DNA of 64,000 nt from an uncultured Thermoleophilia bacterium. GTDB lineage: Bacteria; Actinomycetota; Thermoleophilia; Gaiellales; Gaiellaceae. This document shows, piece after piece, positions 32,852 through 43,715 of the stretch. The position numbers and the translations under genes are program-made. The notes under the pieces are model-generated. The model ran no database searches and was not told where the DNA came from. It saw only the letters and a list, made by a program, of their open reading frames with translations. Position 1 is the stretch's first letter; each line of letters starts with the position of its first letter. The stretch lies in contig CAVUIQ010000009.1 of NCBI GenBank assembly GCA_963741655.1, forward strand, positions 223,624 through 287,623, given 5' to 3'.

Positions 32852-34213
32852 CTACGCGGCGTCGACCTTCGGCGAGCTCCACGACTCGCCGAGGCGGTCG
32901 AGCACGTGCTCCCGGGCGCGCGCGATCGAGATTCGCTCCTGCGCGAGCGAATCGCGCTCGCGGATCGTGATCGTGTCGTCCTCGAGCGTCTGGTCGTCGA
33001 TCGTGAGCGCGTAGGGCGTTCCGATCTCGTCATGACGGCGATAGCGTCGGCCGATCTGACCACCGTCGTCGTACTCGACCGAGATCACCTGGCGGAGCTC
33101 CTCGTAGAGCTTCCGAGCGCGACCGGACATGTCCTCGCTCTTGCCGATCAGCGGCAGGACCGCTGCCTTCACCGGCGCGAGCTGCGGGTGGAGGCGAAGA
33201 ACCGTGCGCTCGCGCTCCGCCACGATCTCCTCGTCGTACGCGTCGACGAGGAACGCAAGCATCGATCGGTTCACGCCGAGTGCGGGCTCGATCACGTGCG
33301 GGGTGTAGCGGCTGCCATCCTGCTCGACCCACTCGAGCTTCGTCCCCGACGCTGCCGTGTGTGCCGACAGGTCGAAGTCGCCGCGGTTCGCAATGCCCTC
33401 GAGCTCCGACCAGCCGATCGGAAAGAGGTACTCGAGGTCGCTCGTGCCGCTCGAATAGTGCGACAGCTCGTCCGCTTCGTGCGGGCGAATCCGTAGATGG
33501 CTCTCGCGGATGCCGTAGCGGCGGTGCCACGCGTACCGCTCGTCGACCCAGTAGCGGTACCACTCGTCAGCGTCACCGGGAGGAACGAAGAACTCCATCT
33601 CCATCTGCTCGAACTCGAGGGTGCGGAAGATGAAGTTGCCGGGCGTGATCTCATTGCGAAACGACTTCCCGACCTGGGCGATCCCGAACGGCGGCTTGCG
33701 CCGTGCGATCCCAGCCACGTTCTTGAAGTTGATGAAGATCCCCTGGGCCGTCTCTGGCCGGAGGTAGACGGGGACGCCCGTCTCTTCCATCGCGCCGACA
33801 CGCGTCTCGAACATCAGGTTGAACTGGCGCGCCTCCGTGAGGTCGCAGTCGGACGTCTCGCCCGGCTTCTTGCTCGGCCGTTGGCCGCACTGCGCATCCT
33901 CGAGATGATCGGCCCGGTAGCGCTTCTTGCAGAACTTGCAGTCCACGAGCGGGTCGGAGAAGCCACCGACGTGCCCGGAAGCCTTCCAGACCTCGGGATG
34001 GAGGATGATCGAGGAGTCGAGGGCGACGATGTCGTCCCGCTCCTGCACCATCGCCGACATCCAGCGCTGCTTGATGTTGTCCTTCAGCAGCACGCCGTAA
34101 TGCCCGTAGTCGTACGAGGAGCCGAGGCCGCCGTAGATCTCGGACGACGGGAACACGAACCCGCGGCGCTTGCACAGCGAGACGATCTTGTCCATCGTGA
34201 CGGCGTCGGCCAT
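32852..34213 (-). CDS. glyQS: Glycine--tRNA ligase, alpha2 type
   Basis: CKRRGFVFPSSEIYGG, YLRPETAQGIF, GKSFRNEITP, ELEGIANR, PHVIEPALG, IGRRYRRHDEIGTP. Confidence 0.97.
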   Translation of the reverse strand: MADAVTMDKIVSLCKRRGFVFPSSEIYGGLGSSYDYGHYGVLLKDNIKQRWMSAMVQERDDIVALDSSIILHPEVWKASGHVGGFSDPLVDCKFCKKRYRADHLEDAQCGQRPSKKPGETSDCDLTEARQFNLMFETRVGAMEETGVPVYLRPETAQGIFINFKNVAGIARRKPPFGIAQVGKSFRNEITPGNFIFRTLEFEQMEMEFFVPPGDADEWYRYWVDERYAWHRRYGIRESHLRIRPHEADELSHYSSGTSDLEYLFPIGWSELEGIANRGDFDLSAHTAASGTKLEWVEQDGSRYTPHVIEPALGVNRSMLAFLVDAYDEEIVAERERTVLRLHPQLAPVKAAVLPLIGKSEDMSGRARKLYEELRQVISVEYDDGGQIGRRYRRHDEIGTPYALTIDDQTLEDDTITIRERDSLAQERISIARAREHVLDRLGESWSSPKVDAA

Positions 34214-34267
34214 GCGTCTGACCTTACCCACGCGCAACGACCGATGTTCCCGGTAGCTTGCGTCTCG

Positions 34268-35452
34268 ATGGCGACGACGGAAACGACCAGCAGCCTCGTC
34301 TCGGACGACCTCGAGGCGCGCGCGATCGCGTGGCGGAGGCACCTGCACGCCAACCCGGAGCTGTCGTTCGAGGAGCACGAGACGTCCGCCTTCGTCGAGC
34401 AGACGCTCCGCTCGTTCGGAGCGCTCGAGATCGAGCGCCCCGCCGGAACCGCTGTCGTGGCGCGCCTACGCGGCGGCCGACCCGGCCCGACCGTGGCCCT
34501 GCGAGCCGACATGGACGCGCTGCCGATCACCGAGGAGAACGACGTCCCCTACGTCTCGACGCGGCCCGGCGTCATGCACGCATGCGGCCACGACGGCCAC
34601 ACGGCGATGCTCCTCGGAGCGGCCCAGCTTCTCTGTGAGCGCCGCGGCGAGCTTGCGGGAGACGTCCTGTTCGTGTTCCAGCACGCCGAGGAGCTACCGC
34701 CGGGTGGCGCCCGCGGCGTCGTCGACTCTGGCGTGATCGAGGGTGCGTCGCTCGTCACGGGCGTTCATCTGCTTTCCGGCCTCGAGACCGGCAAGATCTC
34801 GTCGGTCGCCGGGCCTGTGATGGCCGCTGCCGACCTGTTCACGCTGGACATCATCGGTCGCGGCGGCCATGGGGCAAACCCGCACGAGACCGTCGACCCC
34901 GTCGCCGTTGCTGCGCAGGTGATCACGAACCTCCAGCAGATCGTCGCGCGGGAGACCGATCCGTTCGACTCCGTCGTCGTTTCGGTGACGACCCTCGCCG
35001 CCGGAATCGCGCGGAACGTGATCCCCGGCTCGGTGCGCCTCGGCGGAACGGTGAGGACGCTCTCGACCTCCCGGCGAGCCGACGTGCGCGATGCGATGGA
35101 GCGGGTGATCGCCGGCGTGACGTCGGCGCATCGTGCAACCTACGAGTTCTCGTTCGAAGTCGGCTACGACCCGGTCGTGAACGATCACGATGCCTCGGCA
35201 GCCGTGCGTCAGGCTGCGATCATCGAGCTCGGAGAGAGCGCTCTCGTCGAATTCCCACCCGTGATGGGCGGGGAGGACTTCTCGGCCTATGCCGAGGTCG
35301 CACCCTCGGCGTTCTTCTGGGTCGGGTCGGGCAACGAGGCTCTCGGGACGACGTTCCCGCACCATCACCCGCGATTCGATATCGACGAGGCGGCTCTGCG
35401 CGACGGGATCGCCGTGTTCGCGCGTACCGCACTCGACGCCCTGCGCTCGTGA
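34268..35452 (+). CDS. M20D amidohydrolase
   Basis: HLHANPELSFEE, LRADMDALP, MHACGHDGH, FQHAEE, GGEDF, HHHPRF. Confidence 0.93.
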   Translation: MATTETTSSLVSDDLEARAIAWRRHLHANPELSFEEHETSAFVEQTLRSFGALEIERPAGTAVVARLRGGRPGPTVALRADMDALPITEENDVPYVSTRPGVMHACGHDGHTAMLLGAAQLLCERRGELAGDVLFVFQHAEELPPGGARGVVDSGVIEGASLVTGVHLLSGLETGKISSVAGPVMAAADLFTLDIIGRGGHGANPHETVDPVAVAAQVITNLQQIVARETDPFDSVVVSVTTLAAGIARNVIPGSVRLGGTVRTLSTSRRADVRDAMERVIAGVTSAHRATYEFSFEVGYDPVVNDHDASAAVRQAAIIELGESALVEFPPVMGGEDFSAYAEVAPSAFFWVGSGNEALGTTFPHHHPRFDIDEAALRDGIAVFARTALDALRS

Positions 35453-35478
35453 GAGGCCTCGAAGCTTCGACCGCGCGC

Positions 35479-35542
35479 CCCGTAGGGGACTGGCGCAGCC
35501 TGTCCCGGGAACGGTTTGAACATTCACGAGCCCCGGGGGCAA
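35479..35542 (+). repeat. Dispersed GTAG-type palindromic repeat, family C, copy 2
   Basis: CCCGTAGGGGACTGGCGCAGCCTGTCCCGGGAACG...CCCCGGGGGCAA. Confidence 0.7.
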
Positions 35543-35577
35543 GCACGCGAACAGCTCTGGGATGAGGCCCTAGCGCG

Positions 35578-36046
35578 ATGGCGGGGAGGGGCACGCCGGC
35601 GATCGTCGCGGCGGAGCGAGCCGGCATCGTGTTCTCGGTCCACGAGTACGCCCATGATCCGAGGGCCGCCTCGTACGGTCTCGAGGCTGCCGAGAAGCTC
35701 GGCATCGACCCGGGGAGCGTCTTCAAGACGCTCGTCGCCGACGTCGACGGGGACGCTCACGGTTGCGATCGTCCCGGTCGAGGCACAGCTGGATCTGAAG
35801 GCCCTCGGCAAGCGCGCCTCGATGGCCGATCCGAAGGTGGCCGAACGCACGACCGGCTACGTCACGGGTGGGATCAGCCCGCTCGGCCAGCGGAAGCGGC
35901 TTCCGACGGTGTTGGACGCCTCGGCGCTCGCGTGCGAGACGATCCATGTCAGTGCCGGACGCCGCGGCCTCGAGATCGAGCTGGCTCCGGCCGACCTGCT
36001 GGCGCTCACGGGTGGCCGGACGCTGCCGATCGCGGCGCGAATGTAG
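35578..36046 (+). CDS. ybaK: Cys-tRNA(Pro) deacylase (frameshift in a GGGG run near 35750)
   Basis: [39 protein letters not shown]. Confidence 0.9.
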
Positions 36047-36118
36047 GGCTGCTCGCCTCCGAGCGTGTGAGCGCGCGACCTTGCGATCGTTCGAACACGC
36101 GAGCAGAGAGCGAGCCGG

Positions 36119-37085
36119 TCAGCGTCCCGCGATCACCGCGGCGGCGAACGCCGGGTCAACGTTGCCTCCTGAGATCACGAGCACGGTTGGCCCAGCGGCC
36201 TCGACGGCACCCGTCTGCAGGGCAGCCAGCGTCAGGGCCCCTGTCGGCTCGACGAGCACCTTTGCCTCGAGTGCGAGCCACTGCATCGCGTCGAGGACAG
36301 CGCTCTCCGGGACGGTGACGATCTCGTCGACGAGGGCCGAGATCGTCGCGAAGTTCAGCACTCCGATCTCCTGCGTTCGCACCCCGTCGCAGATCGTGCG
36401 CGTCACGTCCTCGGCCGGCCAGGAGACGATGCGTCCTTCCCGAAGCGACGCCTGGGCATCTGCCGCGAGCTCGGGCTCGACACCCACCATGCGGGCGTTC
36501 GGGCAGAGCGCCTTCACCGCGGTCGCCACGCCCGAGATGAGACCACCGCCGCCGATGCAGACGACAACCGTCCGCACGGCCGGGAGCGTCCTGGGCGATC
36601 TCGAGGCCGACGGTTCCCTGCCCGGCGATGATCCGCACGTCGTCGAAAGGTGGGATGTACTCGAGACCGCGGCCGCGGCGGATCTCGGCAGCCACTCGCC
36701 GGCGCTCGTCGCTCGAGTTGGCGCAACGGACGATCTCGGCGCCCCAGGCCGCGGTTCGCAGCACCTTCACGGGAGCGGCGTTCTCGGGCATCACGATCGT
36801 CGCCGGCACACCGTGGAGCGCAGCGGCCGCGGCGACGCCCTGCGCGTGATTCCCGCTCGAGTCTGCGACGACGCCGCCTTCGATCGAGCGGAAGGGCGTG
36901 GAGGCGAGCGCGTTGTACGCGCCGCGGAACTTGAACGATCCGGTGCGCTGCAGGCTCTCGGGCTTGATGTAGACGTCATCGTCGAGCGGCAGCCGCAGGA
37001 GCGGCGTGCGGACGGCAACACCGTCGAGCCGCCGCGCGGCGGCTTCGATGTCGTCGAGGGATACGGGAAGTGTCGCGGCGGTCAT
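36119..37085 (-). CDS. Threonine/serine dehydratase, PLP-dependent (frameshift near 36585)
   Basis: KPESLQRTGSFKFRGA, SSGNHAQG, PPFDD..IIAGQGT, GGGGLISG, VEPTGA, SGGNVD. Confidence 0.92.
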
Positions 37086-37131
37086 GCGCCCGATCGTATC
37101 CCCGGGCGGCCACACCGGATACCCTCCGCGC

Positions 37132-37983
37132 GTGGCGACGGAAGAACAGACCCCGGTCGAGCTGCACATCGTCTCGGACTCGACGGGCGAGACGGCGGCG
37201 CGGCTCGTCCTCGCGCTCGAGGCGCAGTTCCCCGAGCAGGTCTTCAGCGAGATCAGGCATCCGCGGGTCGAGTCGGTCGACGATCTCGCGCTCGCCGTCG
37301 CGACCGCCAGAGGTCGACCGGCGGTGATGGTGTACACGCTCGTCGAGCCGGGTCTGCGCGAGGCGATGCGCCAGCTCTGCCGGCGAGCCCGCGTGCACTA
37401 CTGCGACCTGCTCGGCCACCCGATCGACTCGATCGCCCGCGTCTCGGGGGCGGCGGCGCGGATGACTCCGGGGGCCAGGCCGCCGCTCGACCAGACGTAC
37501 TTCAAGCGCATCGAGGCGATCGAGTTCGCGGTCAAGTACGACGACGGCGTCGGCAGCGGCCTCGACGAGGCGGACATCGTCCTCGTCGGCGTCTCACGCA
37601 CGTCGAAGACGCCACTCTCGATCTACCTCGGCTATCTCGGCCATAAGGCGGCGAACGTGCCGATCGTAAAGGGCATCAAGCCGCCGCCGGCGCTGTTCGA
37701 GATCGACCCCGCCAAGGTCGTCGGATTGACGATCGAGGCACAACGACTCTCCGAGATCCGCTCCAACCGGGTCGCGACCATGGGTGGTCCGAAGAAGCGC
37801 TACGCGGGCCTCCTCGACGTCTATGAGGAGCTCGACGAGGCGACGGCGATCCATCGGCGCCTGGCCTGTCCCGTTCTGGACGTCTCCGACCTCAGCGTCG
37901 AGGAGACCGCGATGCGCGTGATCAAGCTCGTCGCCGATCGTCAGCGCGAGCGCAAGCACAAGCCGAAGCCGAAACCGAAGTGA
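37132..37983 (+). CDS. Pyruvate phosphate dikinase regulatory protein (kinase/pyrophosphorylase)
   Basis: VSDSTGETA, YFKRIEAIEFAVKYDDG, GVSRTSKTPLS, SVEETA; ppdK nearby. Confidence 0.93.
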   Translation: MATEEQTPVELHIVSDSTGETAARLVLALEAQFPEQVFSEIRHPRVESVDDLALAVATARGRPAVMVYTLVEPGLREAMRQLCRRARVHYCDLLGHPIDSIARVSGAAARMTPGARPPLDQTYFKRIEAIEFAVKYDDGVGSGLDEADIVLVGVSRTSKTPLSIYLGYLGHKAANVPIVKGIKPPPALFEIDPAKVVGLTIEAQRLSEIRSNRVATMGGPKKRYAGLLDVYEELDEATAIHRRLACPVLDVSDLSVEETAMRVIKLVADRQRERKHKPKPKPK

Positions 37984-38174
37984 GCGGTCGCAGCGTGTGG
38001 CGGTCGCAGGGGCGCTCGATCGACGAGAAGGGCTGGGTGCCCCTTCGTTACTGGGCGCTGTGGACGTTCGGCCTGGGCATCAGCCTGATGCTGTTCTTCG
38101 TGCTCCTGACGCCCGTCTGGATCGGCCTGCGCGCGGCTGCGTGGATCGCGGAGTTCAGGGCGCGACGCCGTTGA
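37980..38174 (+). CDS. Small membrane protein (64 aa)
   Basis: GTGA overlap with the upstream stop; hydrophobic segment WALWTFGLGISLMLFFVLLTPVWIGL; basic tail. Confidence 0.65.
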   Translation: MSGRSVWRSQGRSIDEKGWVPLRYWALWTFGLGISLMLFFVLLTPVWIGLRAAAWIAEFRARRR

Positions 38175-38673
38175 GGAAAGCGTCGATCGCGCACTGCGAG
38201 CGGAGGCGCACGACCGGGAAGCGCGCCAGCCGCGCGGGGTACGCTCGGCGGCGGCTGTAGTGCGTCCGCAGCGCGTACGGGAACAGCGCGTCGCGCCCCC
38301 AGAGTGCGCCGCGCACCGTCTCGCGATTCCCGTTCCAGATCTCCTCGTGGCCCCGCAGCCGTCGCACCGTGCGGCGGGTGAGGCGTGGCAGCCAGACGCG
38401 GAGCGGGAGGTCGATCCAGACGACGACGTCCGCGCGGGACAGGACGAGATCGCCGATCTTCCCCCAGTAGCCACCGTCGATCACCCAACCGTCGCCGGCC
38501 AGGGTGGGAGCGAGAAGCTCACGAAGCTCGTCGTCGGGCGTCTCGGTCCAGTCGGGCCCGTGGACGAGCGCGTCGAGCTCGACGAAGGGCACGGCGAGCC
38601 GCTCGGCGAGTGCCCGTCCGAGGGTGGTCTTCCCGCTGCCGCTCGCAGAGGCGATGACTGCGACCTTTCTCAC
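38155..38673 (-). CDS. Adenylate-kinase-like P-loop protein (FlaR/topology modulation family)
   Basis: SGSGKTT, VELDAL, WVIDGGY, ADVVVWIDLP, WNGNRE. Confidence 0.85.
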   Translation of the reverse strand: MRKVAVIASASGSGKTTLGRALAERLAVPFVELDALVHGPDWTETPDDELRELLAPTLAGDGWVIDGGYWGKIGDLVLSRADVVVWIDLPLRVWLPRLTRRTVRRLRGHEEIWNGNRETVRGALWGRDALFPYALRTHYSRRRAYPARLARFPVVRLRSQCAIDAFLNGVAP

Positions 38674-39353
38674 CCGAGAAGGCGTGTCTCGATCGGCTCG
38701 ATCCCTGCTCGCGACACCCTGTAGCCACGCGCTCCGGCTCGATCGGCGACGATCTCGGCAAGGCGCGTGCCGTCGTACACGGCTGCCGCGCCGTCGTCGC
38801 ATGCGATCCCTGCGGGAAAGCCCTCCTCCATGAGCCTCGTGTAGACGGGCCGGCGGCGCTCCTCGCCGTCGAAGTGGGGGCAGTAGCTCCCGGCGAGGAA
38901 TCCCAGGCCGTCCTCGAGCCCGTCGAGCTCGAGCGAGAACGAGTCGGTCACACACGCCTCGAACCAGCAGTTCGCGCCCGCCGACACGCCTCCAAGGGCC
39001 GCCCCGCCGTCCCAGGCCTCCCGGAGCGCCGCGTCGATCCCGTGGAGACGCCAGAGAGCGAGCAGATTGGCAGTGTTCCCACCCGCCACGACGACGACGT
39101 CGGCACGTGCGACGCGCTCGGCGGGGTGGTCGGGGATCCCGAAGAGCCTGACCGCCTCGGGCTCGCAGTCGCGGTGGGCGAACGCGATGTGGAACGCGTC
39201 GATCGCCCGCTCGGAGTCGCCGACGGCCGTGGCGAGGAAGATGACGAGTGGGTGAGGGCGCGGCGAGAGCGAGAGAAGGAGGTCGTCGAGAGGCGACCGT
39301 ATGTCGCCCGTCAAAAAGCCCCCACCGCCCATCGCAACGACGTGTCCCCCCAC
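38670..39353 (-). CDS. Peptidase E (S51)
   Basis: AMGGGGF, GGNTANLL, GVSAGANCW, SYCPHFD. Confidence 0.9.
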   Translation of the reverse strand: MGGHVVAMGGGGFLTGDIRSPLDDLLLSLSPRPHPLVIFLATAVGDSERAIDAFHIAFAHRDCEPEAVRLFGIPDHPAERVARADVVVVAGGNTANLLALWRLHGIDAALREAWDGGAALGGVSAGANCWFEACVTDSFSLELDGLEDGLGFLAGSYCPHFDGEERRRPVYTRLMEEGFPAGIACDDGAAAVYDGTRLAEIVADRAGARGYRVSRAGIEPIETRLLG

Positions 39354-39448
39354 GTGCACATTGTCGCAGACCACCATCGGGGCCGTGGCCGAGCGACGTG
39401 TGACGGGTCGTCCGTCGCGGATCGGTGTGCTTGTGCGACTATCGCGTC

Positions 39449-42047
39449 GTGCGCTACGTCTACGACTACGCGGAAGAAGCGCCGGGCGGTCGCGATCTGC
39501 TCGGCGGTAAGGGGGTCGGCCTCGCGGAGATGACGGCGCTCGGCGTCCCTGTCCCGGCCGGCTTCACGATCACGACGGACGCTTGCCGCGCCTACATGGC
39601 GGGCGGCAAGGTCGTCCCGGAAGGGCTCGACGACGAGGTCGGTGAGCACATCGCAGCCCTCGAGCAACGATCGGGGAAGCGCTTCGGCGATCCGTCGGAT
39701 CCGCTCCTCGTCTCCGTCCGCTCGGGCGCCGCAGTGTCGATGCCGGGGATGATGGATACGATCCTCAACCTCGGGTTGAACGACATCGCCGTTGAGGGGC
39801 AGGCTCGGACGACGGGAAATCCCCGATTCGCGTACGACTCGTATCGCCGCCTCATCCAGATGTACGGCGAGGTCGTCGACGGGGTCGCCGGACATCGCTT
39901 CGAGAGCGCGATCGCCGATCTCAAGGCCGCCCGTCGGCGTCACCGGCGATCTCGATCTCGGGGCAGACGATCTTCGCGAGCTGATCGGCACGTTTCAGCG
40001 CATCTACGAGGAGGAGGTGGGCGCCGGCTTTCCCCAGGATCCGCGCGAGCAGTTGCGCCGTGCCTACCGCGCCGTCTTCGACTCGTGGGATGCGCCGCGG
40101 GCGAGCGTCTACCGTGGTCTGTACGGGATTCCGGACGACATCGGCACAGCGGTCAACGTCGTGCAGATGGTGTACGGCAACAAGGGGGAGGGCTCGGGCA
40201 CCGGAGTCTGCTTCACGCGGAATCCCTCGACGGGTGAAGCTGCCTACTACGGCGAGTTCCTCGTCAACGCGCAGGGCGAGGACGTCGTCGCCGGCACGCG
40301 CACGCCGGAGCCCATCGCGGCGATGCACGAGCGACTTCCCGAGGCGTACGTCCAGCTGACCGCGGCGTTCGAGCTTCTCGAGGCGCACTACCGCGACATG
40401 CAGGACATCGAGTTCACGGTCGAGGAGGGCAAGCTCTATCTGCTGCAAACGCGCACGGGCAAGCGCACCGCCACGGCTGCGCTCCGGATCGCCGTTGAGA
40501 TGTCGGAAGAGGGTCTGATCTCACGCGGTGAGGCGGTAGCGCGGACAGATATCAGCCAGCTCGAGCAGCTTCTGCATCCGATGCTCGATCCCACGGTTGC
40601 CGTCGAGGTCGCGGCGAAGGGCCTGAACGCCTCCCCTGGCGCCGCCTCCGGTGCCATCGTCCTCGACGCGGACACGGCTGCGGAGCGCGGCAAGGCGGGC
40701 GACGACGTGATCCTCGTGCGCTGGGAGACCTCCCCCGACGACATCCACGGACTGATCGAGGCGCGCGGCGTGCTCACGGCGCACGGCGGGCTCACGTCTC
40801 ATGCGGCCGTCGTCGCGCGAGGGATGGGGAAGCCTTGCGTCACCGCCTGCGAGGGCCTCGCGATCGACGAGCGCGCAGGCACCGTAACGCTGGGCGACCA
40901 GGTTCTCGAGGTCGGCGACGTGATCACGATCGACGGCGGCACGGGACGCGTGATCATCGGCCCTGTTCGCCTCGTCCCGCCGGCGATCGACGAGAACTTC
41001 GGCACGATCCTGGGCTGGGCCGACGAATTCAGCCGGCTGCGTGTACGCGCGAACGCCGACACGCCCGAGGATGCCGCAAAGGCCCGTGAGTTCGGAGCGA
41101 CCGGGATCGGTCTCTGCCGCACCGAGCACATGTTCATGGCGCCCGATCGGCTGCCGATCGTGCAGGAGATGATCCTGGCCACCACCGAGACCGACCGGCG
41201 GTCTGCTCTCGATCGGCTCCTGCCGGTGCAGCAATCCGACTTCGAGGGGATCTTCGAGGCAATGGCGGGCTTCCCCGTCACGATTCGCCTCCTCGACCCT
41301 CCGCTGCACGAGTTCCTTCCCACGCCGGAGGAGGCGACGAGCGACGAGATGCGGCGGCGCATCTTCGAGCTGCACGAGGCGAATCCGATGCTCGGGACGC
41401 GAGGCTGCCGCCTCGGCCTCCAGTTCCCCGAGATCTACGAGATGCAGGTGCGCGCGATCGTGCGCGCTGCGGCGGCCGTCGAAGCGCGCGCTGCGGAGGC
41501 GCCGCTCGTCGAGATCATGCATCCGCTCGTCGGCTTCCGCGAGGAGCTCGCGCGGCTGCGCGAGCTGACCGAGCGCGTCGCCGCTGAGGAGCCCTCCGTC
41601 GCGTACCTGTGCGGCACGATGATCGAACTTCCCCGAGCCTGCATTCGCGCCGGTGAGATCGCCGAGGTCGCCGACTTCTGCTCGTTCGGCACGAACGATC
41701 TCACTCAGACGGCGCTCGGATTCTCTCGCGACGACGCAGAGGGAAAGTTCCTCACGTACTACCTCGAGCACGGCATTCTCGAGCACAACCCGTTCGAGGT
41801 GCTCGACCAGGACGGCGTCGGCGACCTGATGCGCATCGCGATCGAGCGTGGTCGCGCGGTGAAACCCGAACTGAAGATGGGGATCTGTGGCGAGCACGGC
41901 GGCGAGCCCCGCTCGGTGGCCTTCTGCCATCGCCTCGGCCTCGACTACGTCAGCTGTTCGCCGTACCGCGTGCCGCTGGCACGCCTTGCCGCAGCACAGG
42001 CGGCGCTCCTCGAGTCGGGCGTGACGGCTCTCGTCATCGGTGGCTGA
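39449..42047 (+). CDS. ppdK: Pyruvate, phosphate dikinase (frameshift near 39932)
   Basis: LLGGKG, SVRSGA..SMPGMMDT, QGEDVVAG, GGLTSHAAVVARG, GLCRTEHMF, SFGTNDLTQ, GICGEHGG. Confidence 0.96.
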
Positions 42048-42102
42048 CGCTTCGGGCGAGAGCCGGCAGAGTCCCTCGCAACCTCGAGTCTCTCTTGGCC
42101 GA

Positions 42103-42147
42103 CGGGCGACGCTTGGCTCGCCGAGGCTCGCCGCGCAGCGCCCCTAC
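42103..42147 (-). repeat. GTAG REP-like element, family B
   Basis: Minus strand GTAGGGGCGCTGCGC GGCGAGCCTCGGCGAGCC AAGCGTCGCCCG; its TAG is the rhomboid stop codon. Confidence 0.8.
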
Positions 42148-42989
42148 AGCACGTAGCTCGTGACGCGCACGTACGCGAGCGCGAGGCTCAGAACCCCGAC
42201 GCCGACGGCAACGAGGACACCGAGCTTCTGCCTCGGGCCGTGGCGGTAGCGCATCAGCGCGTACGTCGCCACGATGCCGCCGATCAGGCCGCCGATGTGG
42301 CCACCCTTGGAGATCCCGGGCACGGCGAACGTGAAGGCGAAGTTGACGAGGATGAGAATCATCGCCTGCCCCATGAACGACCCGGTCGCGAAGTATTCGA
42401 GGATCAGCAGGGCGCCGATGAGGCCGAAGATCGCCCCCGACGCTCCGACCGTGACGGCAAAGGCCGAGCTGAACCAGAGCGCGCCGGCCGAGCCGGCGAG
42501 GCCCGAGACGATGTAGACGATGAGAAACCTCGGCGTCCCGAGCGCGTCCTCGATGATGTTGCCGAGCCAATAGAGCGCGAACATGTTGAACGCGAGGTGC
42601 AACAGGCTGCCGTGGAGGAACATCGCGGTCACGAGTCGCCACCACTCACCCGTCGAGATGATCGCCCCCTGCAGCGCCCAATCGGCGAAGAGTTGCCCTC
42701 CAGGGAGGTTAGGCCCGCCGCCCTGCGCTGCGGTGATCACGTAGACGACGACGTTGATCGCGATCAGCACCATCGTCGCCGGCGCTGCAACCGAGCGGCT
42801 CCGGCGTTGCACGTTCTGGATCGTGCGTGCAGGTGTGGGCTTGACCGCGCCGAGATTCGCGTGGTCGGGACAACGGATCCCGACGGGCGCGAACGTCATG
42901 CAGTCCTCACAGATCGGGCGCCCGCATTCCGAGCACGAGACCAGCGTCTCGCGGTTCGGATGGCGGTAGCAATGGGGCGTGTCCGACAT
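42144..42989 (-). CDS. Rhomboid intramembrane serine protease with N-terminal B-box-like zinc finger
   Basis: CYRHP..CSECGRPICEDC, WWRLVTAMFLH, HLAFNM, GASG, GHIGG. Confidence 0.93.
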   Translation of the reverse strand: MSDTPHCYRHPNRETLVSCSECGRPICEDCMTFAPVGIRCPDHANLGAVKPTPARTIQNVQRRSRSVAAPATMVLIAINVVVYVITAAQGGGPNLPGGQLFADWALQGAIISTGEWWRLVTAMFLHGSLLHLAFNMFALYWLGNIIEDALGTPRFLIVYIVSGLAGSAGALWFSSAFAVTVGASGAIFGLIGALLILEYFATGSFMGQAMILILVNFAFTFAVPGISKGGHIGGLIGGIVATYALMRYRHGPRQKLGVLVAVGVGVLSLALAYVRVTSYVL

Positions 42990-43008
42990 GGACGGCTAGC
43001 GTAGCGAC

Positions 43009-43704
43009 GTGCACGTTCACGTCGCCTTCACTCCGGACGAGATCGCCGCCGCCCCGACGGGCATCGTGATCGACGTCATTCGGGCCACCTCGACGATCTG
43101 CCAGGCCCTTGCCACCGGGTACGAGCGTGTGCTCTGCGCGGCCGAGGTGGAGGATGCGCGCGCGCTTTCGGTGCTCGGGGGCGTGACGCTCGGAGGAGAG
43201 CGGCTCGGCCTGCTGATCGAAGGATTCGACCTCGGCAACTCGCCGCGCGAGTACCTCACGGTGCGCACGCCGACGCTCGCTATGTCCACCACGAACGGCA
43301 CGCGGGCGATCGTCACCGCCGCGGAGCGCTGCGAACGAGTGGTGATCGCATCGCTGCTGAACCTCGCCGCCGTGATCGAGGCTGCACGCGACCACGGGGA
43401 CGATGTGGCGATCTTCTGCGCGGGCGTGAAGGGCTCGTTCGCGCTCGACGACAGCTATGTCGCCGGACGCATCGTCGCCGAGCTTGGTCAGGACAGGAGT
43501 GATGCAGCCGAGGCAGCTGCGCGACTGGCCGCGTCGTACCCGACCGCGCTCGAGGTCTTCCGCGCATCGCGCAGCGGCCGGAACCTGATCAACCATGGCC
43601 CCGAGCTCGAGGCAGATATCCCGTACTGCGCCCGTGAGAGCGTGCTCGACGTCGTTCCCCGCCTCACGGGGATGCAGGGAATCGCCGCTGAGATTCGCGT
43701 CTAG
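43009..43704 (+). CDS. comB: 2-phosphosulfolactate phosphatase-family protein
   Basis: VIDVIRATSTI, GGER, FDLGNSP, TTNGTRA, ALDD. Confidence 0.9.
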   Translation: MHVHVAFTPDEIAAAPTGIVIDVIRATSTICQALATGYERVLCAAEVEDARALSVLGGVTLGGERLGLLIEGFDLGNSPREYLTVRTPTLAMSTTNGTRAIVTAAERCERVVIASLLNLAAVIEAARDHGDDVAIFCAGVKGSFALDDSYVAGRIVAELGQDRSDAAEAAARLAASYPTALEVFRASRSGRNLINHGPELEADIPYCARESVLDVVPRLTGMQGIAAEIRV

Positions 43705-43715
43705 AGGCTGTGCGG

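Noticed and set aside
43009-43704. comB as evidence of coenzyme M biosynthesis
   Set aside because: No comA/comC/comDE nearby; ComB-family phosphatases are widespread without that pathway.
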